A stretch of 64,000 bases of DNA from a virus, in IMG/VR virus record IMGVR_UViG_3300045988_183830, positions 65,888 through 129,887 of that record; one strand, 5' to 3'. Of this stretch, positions 57,775 to 64,000 are shown in pieces. The notes under the pieces are model-generated. The model saw only the letters and a list, made by a program, of their open reading frames with translations, was not told where the DNA came from and searched no databases. Both the position numbers and the translations under genes were made by a program. The first letter of the stretch is position 1, and every line of letters begins with the position of its first letter.

Positions 57775-58437
57775 TCAGTCTCCTTTCTCGTCATTATCAT
57801 TGTCCACGATAAACGCCGTCATAAACTCGATATTGAGGCCTGTGAACGGCGGCATCCTGTTGAGCGTTTCGGACATCGCACGCTCACCGTGCAGCATCTC
57901 CAGAAATTCCTTTGCAGGAATGAACTCCTTATAGCGTTCTTTCTTGGGATACACGATAGAGGTGGACACGGCCACAACGCTCTCGCTGCGGCAGTAGGAC
58001 ACATAACAGCGGCGCTCGAAGTCGTCAAACTCCTGTGCCAACATGACACGGAACGTGACAGGCTTTTCTTCCTCTGTCAGTCGGGTTCTGTCAGAATAGA
58101 TGCGCTGATAGACACCCAGCCGTGTGTCGAACTTTTCAGGACGATAGGTACAGCCGCGCATGGACTCCATACGCTCGACGAACTGGTCGTGATGATACGG
58201 CCAAGAACCCTCGCCCTTTGCGGCCAGCTTGAAGTGCGACTCGTCGATGAACCGGCAGGTGTAGACTTTGGGTTCAGCACGAGGCCCATCGGTAATCAGC
58301 AGTTTCCCGCCATTGGGCAGGGTGAACACGGGATTACCTCGCCGGTCACGGAAGATGATGGTCTTGTCGTAGTCCACGACCAAACTATTCGGCACAATGC
58401 AGTACCGCCCGACAGGTCTGTCAGACTTAAAGGTCAT
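57775..58437 (-). CDS. hypothetical protein
   Basis: RBS gaaaggagaatacatt. Confidence 0.5.
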   Translation of the reverse strand: MTFKSDRPVGRYCIVPNSLVVDYDKTIIFRDRRGNPVFTLPNGGKLLITDGPRAEPKVYTCRFIDESHFKLAAKGEGSWPYHHDQFVERMESMRGCTYRPEKFDTRLGVYQRIYSDRTRLTEEEKPVTFRVMLAQEFDDFERRCYVSYCRSESVVAVSTSIVYPKKERYKEFIPAKEFLEMLHGERAMSETLNRMPPFTGLNIEFMTAFIVDNDNDEKGD

Positions 58438-58499
58438 AATGTATTCTCCTTTCTTTTTTTTCGGGAGAGGGCGGGGAAGTCCCCGCCCTCATTTGGGCC

Positions 58500-59162
58500 T
58501 CAGTAGTCGATGCACTCGTCCATCACGTCCGCTACGGCCTTGATGTCCTCAAAGGTGACATTCTCCGTCACGGGGATGGCGACATACAGTTCCCACTGGC
58601 AGAACGGGGTGTCCGTGTCCTTGGGGAACAGCACATCTGCGTGCAGTTTCCTCAGCTTCTCGTCCGCATTCAGCTTCTCAGCCAGCTTGCGGCCAGAGTC
58701 CATCAGTGCCACGCGGACACCGACATCGCGCTTTCCTTTTTTGCTGGACATCTCCTCGCCGGCCTCTGCGATGACCAGCAAACACGGCTGGCCGTTCACA
58801 GTGGCGATGTAGGTGGGGAAGTTCAGGCTGTCGGTCCAGCAGGTGAAATAACCCCAGCGCAGCAGGGGCGGCACCTTCGTGTACCAGTCCATGTCTTCCA
58901 CAGGAGGCTGATATTCGCCTTTCAGGAAGGCTTCGTACTTCGCCTTATCGTATTCGGCGAGCTTGGTATCGAAGCCGGCGGGGTACAGTCCGGGCACGCC
59001 ACGATAATCGGGAACGTTGATGCTGCACAGGGAAGCGGTGTCGTACCGCCCATCCCAGTCCTTAGGGGGCTTCTTGTCGGGGGTGTTAAACTCCCACACG
59101 AATACCTCCCCGCAGCCGTTGCAGAAAAACTGAGTTTCGTCGATGCTGATGATTTTGAACAT
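58500..59162 (-). CDS. hypothetical protein
   Basis: RBS gaaaggagaaaaaaaca. There is an N-terminal CNGCG motif. Confidence 0.5.
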   Translation of the reverse strand: MFKIISIDETQFFCNGCGEVFVWEFNTPDKKPPKDWDGRYDTASLCSINVPDYRGVPGLYPAGFDTKLAEYDKAKYEAFLKGEYQPPVEDMDWYTKVPPLLRWGYFTCWTDSLNFPTYIATVNGQPCLLVIAEAGEEMSSKKGKRDVGVRVALMDSGRKLAEKLNADEKLRKLHADVLFPKDTDTPFCQWELYVAIPVTENVTFEDIKAVADVMDECIDY

Positions 59163-59190
59163 TGTTTTTTTCTCCTTTCATTTTTTTGAC

Positions 59191-59439
59191 TTACAAATCC
59201 ATGAACGGGCCTTCGACCCGACATTGGTCCCATCTGCGATTGCGCGGCTCGTTGTGCCGCATAGCGTCGAGATAGCTCTGCGCCTGAGCCCTATCGCCGA
59301 AGACGATGGGCTGCACGCCATCATGGTCGATTTTCGACCAGTAATAGGCGTAGCCGGATGCTCTGGGGTCAGCACAAAGCGTATAACCATCGCTATCGCG
59401 GATAACAAACTTCCATGTGAGAACTCGTCCAATACCCAT
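59191..59439 (-). CDS. hypothetical small protein
   Basis: The RBS (gagagg) is weak. Confidence 0.4.
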   Translation of the reverse strand: MGIGRVLTWKFVIRDSDGYTLCADPRASGYAYYWSKIDHDGVQPIVFGDRAQAQSYLDAMRHNEPRNRRWDQCRVEGPFMDL

Positions 59440-59448
59440 AGCAGCCTC

Positions 59449-60033
59449 TCAATCCGCCGCAGACTCGCGGTAGACCAACACGTCGTGGCCGGCGTAAATA
59501 GCCTGCAGCTCGTCCTTGGTGATGCTCAGGCTGCTGAACAGCCAATCGTCGGCATCCTTCCAGTCGGAGAACTTGGGGCCGATTTCCTTCCGGAACAGCT
59601 CCAGCGTCTCAAACAGGAGGTCCTTGGCACGGGGGGAGAGGTCTTCCTCAGGGTCAGGTGCGGGCATCTTGAAGTCGTTGCAGTCGTTGATATCTACCTC
59701 ATCCGTGGAAGTCTCGTAGTCCTTCCAGAGATGGGCATTGTCCTCGAACCGCTTGACGATTTCGGCGATGGCGATGTCGGTCGTCGGCTTATCCGTGGTC
59801 TCCTCAAAGTAGCAAAACTCAAAGAAGGGATGGTCGGCCTCCGTCTCACTGCCGAAACGCTCGTCGTTCAGACCGAGAGGACCGGGGATGAAGTATTCGC
59901 CGGCATCGAGACTGGCGATAATACGCATCTTTTCTTCCTCCGACATCTGGCCGGCGAAAACGACCTCATGATGGACTTTGTAGTTGTCCGCATCACGATA
60001 GAGATAGGCGAGTCGGGTGTTGATGACACTCAT
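59449..60033 (-). CDS. highly acidic hypothetical protein (194 aa)
   Basis: Module RBS gggagaaaggagaaaaaca. D+E content is about 25%. This is the first gene after module copy 4. Confidence 0.55.
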   Translation of the reverse strand: MSVINTRLAYLYRDADNYKVHHEVVFAGQMSEEEKMRIIASLDAGEYFIPGPLGLNDERFGSETEADHPFFEFCYFEETTDKPTTDIAIAEIVKRFEDNAHLWKDYETSTDEVDINDCNDFKMPAPDPEEDLSPRAKDLLFETLELFRKEIGPKFSDWKDADDWLFSSLSITKDELQAIYAGHDVLVYRESAAD

Positions 60034-60280
60034 TGTTTTTCTCCTTTCTCCCTGCCTGTAATAAGGACTTACGGGAACTCAAAATGTATGAAAATATATA
60101 AAAAAGACAGCTACCCCAAGATTGGGATAACTGTCTGAATTTACGTATGGTGACTTGGAAAACGGAGATAATCTCCTTTATAAAAATTAGCTTCGTAATT
60201 ATAATTCTATACTACCACAGTTTGATATTTTGTCAATCGTTTTAGTCGAAAAGAAAAGCGCCCCGTCAGGGACGCTTTTC
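60034..60280 (-). promoter_or_regulatory. regulatory module copy 4
   Basis: - Terminator: aaagcgccccgtcagggacgctttt at 60255-80.
- Promoter: TTGACA (60231-36), 16-nt spacer, TGGTAGTAT (60209-17).
- Palindrome: GGAGATAATCTCC (60164-76).
- Leader hairpin: gacagctacccc...gggataactgtc (60106-35).
- RBS region: conserved block ...ggacttacgggaa. Confidence 0.6.
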
Positions 60281-60305
60281 GCAGTAGATGATTCTCCTTT
60301 CACAA

Positions 60306-62318
60306 TTAACGCGCTTCAAACAGCTTCTCAATGTCGAAATCCTTGATGATGTACTCATCAGGATTTGCAACGACTGCATCATACTCCTCACGGCTCTGGA
60401 AACTGTCGATGACTTTCTTCTCGGCGCTACTCAACGCATCATACGGCTTGGTGCCATAGTCAGCAGGCAGCCAACCGCGATTCATTCCGACGAAGATATT
60501 GAGCCGGTCGATGAGCCGCTTGGCAGAGCTCTTGAACTTCAACTTCATTGTTCCGTTCTTGTAGAAGGAACCAGTGAAGAATGTGAAGGTAATGCTTTTG
60601 CCAATGCTCTTTCCGCAAATGGCGTTGTCCGTTACAGCACTCATCGGGTCGATAGCCTTGGATGCTTCTTTTCCTCCGTTGAGCAGGTAAAGGGCGCACT
60701 CAATGTCATGCACTACGTGTGCGGCTTTATCCTGGTTGAAGTCGTCTCTATAGCGGTCGAAGACGTAGGAATACATAGAGAGCTTCGGGAACGCCAAACG
60801 GAACCCAGCGGTCTGTTTCTTGTCGAAAGAGCAATATTTCTGGGTGTTCTCACTTGATAGCGCGTCCGCATCGTAATCGTACACATCATACCGTTGCCTA
60901 CTTCCCATGCTCCCCAGCCTATCGAACAGGTTCAGCAGGGAAGTGGTGCAACCTCTACGCAGCTCCCGCCGAATATCCTCCATTACAGTCCTCACAGTGT
61001 AGTCGTTGAGGTCGTAATCCTTCAATTCAGCGCGACGACGCTTGTAGTCTTCTTCCATGTTGGCAGGCATCAGACCGATGTTCGCGGCTTTGTGGATGAA
61101 AGTGTCCCAGTACCTTGAGCGAACGCCTTCCAAGCACGCCATTCGAAGTTCAACGCCGGAGTCCCTCCAAGGATGGTCGTCCACAGCCAGTTTGACATAG
61201 GGCTGGTCGTAACACTCAGAGCCTCTCATTATAAAGGGCTTAACCTCTTCGTAGGAGCTAATGAAGGAGTTGCAAATACGAGCCTTGAGCTTAAACTCCT
61301 CAATGATGTCCTGCGGAAACTTCTTCCGCCAGTCGGATAGGAACGGCTTGACCGTCTCATAGTCCTTCAGGTCGCAGATGCTCTCGCTCAGAATATCCGC
61401 CTCGTTCCGACTGTCTCTGCGCGTAGGCTTAATGTTGGCGTAAATGATAGCCCACTCAGGAGCCGTCCGCTTCGCCCTATCGCGCTTAAACGCCTTCTCC
61501 ACGAGAAAGACAGAAGAGTCCGTCTTTTTCAGTATGAAGGACAGGCTCGCATCTACAGCCAGTGTAGAGTAGGGAACAATGGCAAGAAGCTGACCGCCGT
61601 ATTTCTGCAGCATGGTTACAGCCTTACCAATCCATCGCGCAGCGAAAGCAGGGGAAACCGCTGCTGTGTGGGCGAACATAATGAGAGGGTAGGGCTTCAA
61701 CGTGTCGAACTTCGAGAAATCGTCATAAACGACACGGATGCCTTCTTCCCGCAGTGTCTCCGCCACACCAACGTCCTCGACCACAGTGTCCAAATAGTTT
61801 TCGCCTTGGTAAGCTCTCTCGTGCTGCCAAACCTTGTTGGTGTTCCTGTAACAGCCGGCAAAGCGGCGGAAGCATTCATGGAGCTGAAGCTCGCTCATGT
61901 CGCCGCAGATTGGGTTCAGGATGTCTCCGCCGCGCACGAGGGACCAGTCCACCATGCGAAACGCCTTACCACAGACGTAGGGGGTAAGGGCCTCAGGTGT
62001 GGTTGCGTACCGCCGCCTGACTTTAGGGGCGGATACCTTGTAAGTGTCTACGCCCTTGCTCTCGAACCATTCTCTGAATTTCTCCTTTGCCCCTGCAAGG
62101 TTGGCTGACGTACTTCCATAGATGTGCGTGGTTCGCGTCCAGTAGTCATTGAGGCAATCACCAAAGTATCCATAGGCCTCATAGGTTCCGTTACCGCCTC
62201 GGATGATATCGGGGTCCTTGCAAATACACCCGACGTTCTTGCCCTTGTAGTAGATATCAACTACCGTTCTTCCGGCATCCTTTCCGGGGGCAACAAATGA
62301 AAGCTGCGCTCTGCTCAT
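60306..62318 (-). CDS. hypothetical protein (670 aa)
   Basis: ATG follows the module-type RBS gggagaaaggagaaaaact. No motif is recognised. Confidence 0.6.
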   Translation of the reverse strand: MSRAQLSFVAPGKDAGRTVVDIYYKGKNVGCICKDPDIIRGGNGTYEAYGYFGDCLNDYWTRTTHIYGSTSANLAGAKEKFREWFESKGVDTYKVSAPKVRRRYATTPEALTPYVCGKAFRMVDWSLVRGGDILNPICGDMSELQLHECFRRFAGCYRNTNKVWQHERAYQGENYLDTVVEDVGVAETLREEGIRVVYDDFSKFDTLKPYPLIMFAHTAAVSPAFAARWIGKAVTMLQKYGGQLLAIVPYSTLAVDASLSFILKKTDSSVFLVEKAFKRDRAKRTAPEWAIIYANIKPTRRDSRNEADILSESICDLKDYETVKPFLSDWRKKFPQDIIEEFKLKARICNSFISSYEEVKPFIMRGSECYDQPYVKLAVDDHPWRDSGVELRMACLEGVRSRYWDTFIHKAANIGLMPANMEEDYKRRRAELKDYDLNDYTVRTVMEDIRRELRRGCTTSLLNLFDRLGSMGSRQRYDVYDYDADALSSENTQKYCSFDKKQTAGFRLAFPKLSMYSYVFDRYRDDFNQDKAAHVVHDIECALYLLNGGKEASKAIDPMSAVTDNAICGKSIGKSITFTFFTGSFYKNGTMKLKFKSSAKRLIDRLNIFVGMNRGWLPADYGTKPYDALSSAEKKVIDSFQSREEYDAVVANPDEYIIKDFDIEKLFEAR

Positions 62319-62372
62319 AGTTTTTCTCCTTTCTCCCTGCCTTGAAGGACTTACGGGAAATAAAATGTATTT
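62319..62372 (-). promoter_or_regulatory. partial module (copy 5): only the RBS-proximal conserved leader block, no promoter or hairpin
   Basis: tctcctttctccctgccttgaaggacttacgggaaataaaatgtat matches the proximal part of copies 1, 3, 4 and 6 and then diverges into the upstream gene. Confidence 0.5.
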
Positions 62373-62606
62373 TTACTGATGAAGTGGGCTGATAGGGCAT
62401 TGGATGGAAATAATGACCACCAATGCCAGCCCGCTGCCAAAGATAATGATGAGTGCAAGGTAGGCCAGAAAACTGCCGGTACGTCCCTTAAACTTTTCGC
62501 CGATGAAAGCGACGTGATGAAGGCCGAGCCACAACGAGCCGACCAGCAGGAACGCCACAAACAGCATCACACCAACACCTCTGACAGCGCCTAAGAATGT
62601 CTGCAT
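62373..62606 (-). CDS. small membrane protein (2 TM)
   Basis: The ORF is hydrophobic and has the RBS agaaaggagaatacc. Confidence 0.5.
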   Translation of the reverse strand: MQTFLGAVRGVGVMLFVAFLLVGSLWLGLHHVAFIGEKFKGRTGSFLAYLALIIIFGSGLALVVIISIQCPISPLHQ

Positions 62607-62620
62607 GGGTATTCTCCTTT

Positions 62621-63652
62621 CTATTGATTTCTGCGTTCCGCAGCAATCACGGCCAAAACGTTTTCTAACCGCTGCTTGCTCACCTTACCGGCCATTGGAC
62701 CGTCCTCATCCACACACCGTACCACGAATGGGTAGGTATGGGCCTTTGGCTGGATACCGATGATGATGAAGTCATGTCCATCAAACGAGTACATCTCACG
62801 GTAAGAGATGTCGATACCATAGCGTTCAAGTCGATACCGGATATACTCTTTGTTGCGGTAGAATGCGGCTTCTTCGTCCTTGGCATTTTCTAAGGCCAGA
62901 GCATCCTTGTCTGTGCATTGCAGCTCGTAGCAAATCTGCTCCATCTCCTCACGGGGAATGAGGATTTCCTTGCCAGTAGAGACTTCGCCGATTCGCTTTC
63001 CAACAACGTACTTCCACGGACGGTACTTGTAGACACCAACGAGTTCGTACTCATATCGTCCCTTCTTGAAGGTGATGCCGAAATCGTTCGGATTCAGCAA
63101 ACGTTTTGGCGGAACGTCCCGTGGCAAAGTCGCACAGTGAGCACAGTAGGCATCCCACTCGATTTTCTCGGTCGGAACTTGCGCTTCGTCATGGAATACC
63201 GTGCGGTAAAATCTGCACTCAAACAGATTGATGAGAACATTTCGCCTGATTGTTTTGTCCTCCAGCTCCGCATCGAAGAGTTTCGAACTCCGTTCCACAA
63301 CGGTTGCCCTTACGCCGAACTGTGCTGCCACACGCTGCACAGCAGGAAGCATATCCTGACGAATAAGCTCGCGGGACACGTCTGAATCGTAATTCGTATC
63401 CATCACAATACGGATACCAATACCGATGATGTAGCTGCCACTTTTCTGAATGTAGCCACAGTTATGGCGCTTGATGCCGAAGCGTTCTGCGCCGAAAGGG
63501 TCGTAGCCGCAGTTGGCATTGCCTTTCAGTGCTTCCTCCACAGCATCCATCAGCTTGTCACGAATCTGTCTGTCCATGTCGGTATCAAATGGTACGGCCA
63601 GACTAATATCGCTCCATCTGCCGGGTGTGCCGTTGAGAGATTTCACATCCAT
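62621..63652 (-). CDS. hypothetical protein (343 aa)
   Basis: ATG follows the module RBS gggagaaaggagaaaaac. The ORF-track N-terminus is translated leader. Confidence 0.55.
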   Translation of the reverse strand: MDVKSLNGTPGRWSDISLAVPFDTDMDRQIRDKLMDAVEEALKGNANCGYDPFGAERFGIKRHNCGYIQKSGSYIIGIGIRIVMDTNYDSDVSRELIRQDMLPAVQRVAAQFGVRATVVERSSKLFDAELEDKTIRRNVLINLFECRFYRTVFHDEAQVPTEKIEWDAYCAHCATLPRDVPPKRLLNPNDFGITFKKGRYEYELVGVYKYRPWKYVVGKRIGEVSTGKEILIPREEMEQICYELQCTDKDALALENAKDEEAAFYRNKEYIRYRLERYGIDISYREMYSFDGHDFIIIGIQPKAHTYPFVVRCVDEDGPMAGKVSKQRLENVLAVIAAERRNQ

Positions 63653-63897
63653 GTTTTTCTCCTTTCTCCCTGCCTGTAAAGAGGACTTATGGGAACATAT
63701 AATGTATAAAAATATATAAAAAAAGACAGCCACCCCAAGATTGGGATAACTGTCTGAATTCATGTGGTGACTTGAAAACGGAGATAATCTCCTTTATAAA
63801 AATAGCTTCGTAATTATAATTCTATACTACCACAAACAGATACTTTGTCAATGAATTTAGCACGAAAAAAAAGAAGCTCCCGAAGGAGCTTCTTTCA
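63653..63897 (-). promoter_or_regulatory. regulatory module copy 6
   Basis: - Terminator: gaagctcccgaaggagcttc at 63866-97.
- Promoter: TTGACA (63846-51), 16-nt spacer of different sequence, TGGTAGTAT (63824-32).
- Palindrome: GGAGATAATCTCC (63780-92).
- Leader hairpin: gacagccacccc...gggataactgtc (63725-54).
- RBS region: conserved block ...ggacttatgggaa. Confidence 0.6.
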
Positions 63898-63910
63898 AAA
63901 TTGTGGTAAT

Positions 63911-64000
63911 TATTCGGTTTTCACAGCCGGCGTGGTGACACCATCGAAGATATTTCCGATGACACGGTATTTAGTGCCGAACAGCTTGCAGAACGGTACG
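63911..64000 (-). CDS. 3' end of a further minus-strand gene (C-terminus ...AVKTE), truncated by window edge
   Basis: The open frame runs to the window end and stops 14 nt before the copy-6 terminator, consistent with the operon pattern. Confidence 0.35.

Noticed and set aside
53797-57934. Plus-strand ORFs 53797-55125 (442 aa) and 55499-57934 (811 aa)
   Set aside because: They run across module copy 3 and antisense to several RBS-bearing minus-strand genes, including the MazF-like gene. They have the biased composition typical of antisense frames.
44278-63897. Interpreting the repeated cassette as a transposable MITE or IS fragment
   Set aside because: The copies have fixed orientation and a fixed distance to start codons, and they include the RBS. 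No terminal inverted repeats or target duplications were seen.

Overview
This 64-kb window (about 55% GC, Clostridia-like) holds two giant sortase-anchored adhesins on its left and a mobile-element-like gene array punctuated by a repeated regulatory cassette on its right. It shows Gram-positive RBSs, a (S/P)PxTG-type sorting signal and sigma-A promoters with extended -10 elements. No CRISPR array or rRNA gene is present.

- **Left part (1 to 18.4 kb):** two paralogous adhesins carry an N-terminal thioester domain (the Cys is in the motif YCIEPH, the Gln in TQEVIW). They also carry Cna B/SpaA-like Ig repeats and long arrays of Thr-Gln ester-bond repeats (HxDxxDxxQ, VaFE motif). Adhesin 1 has 18 such repeats, ends in SPKTG plus a TM anchor and is 5'-truncated at the window edge. 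Adhesin 2 has 5 such repeats. A lipoprotein with a peptidoglycan-binding domain lies between them.
- **Middle part (18.5 to 33 kb):** this mixed block includes a Zn-ribbon membrane protein, a low-GC hypothetical gene, DNA topoisomerase III and a YdjM-like hydrolase operon preceded by a LexA/Cheo box. It also includes a minus-strand envelope operon (lipoprotein, SAF-domain protein), a secreted non-specific nuclease, a flotillin and tRNA-Ser(TGA).
- **Right half (33 to 64 kb):** this looks like a mobile element. A short plus-strand block at 33.0 to 36.3 kb is followed by about 40 minus-strand genes. These are grouped into operons of about 5 kb by six copies (five full, one leader-only) of a roughly 250-bp terminator-promoter-operator-leader cassette. 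The cassette leader hairpin shows compensatory base changes between copies.
- **Cargo of the right half:** a MoxR-like AAA+ ATPase sits with an HExxH-vWA protein, a Lar-like Zn-ribbon protein, a Fic protein and an HD-domain protein in one operon. Elsewhere there are MazF/PemK-like and zeta-like toxins, an XRE regulator, a DUF4314 protein, a tandem paralog pair and many small acidic or Zn-finger proteins of unknown function.
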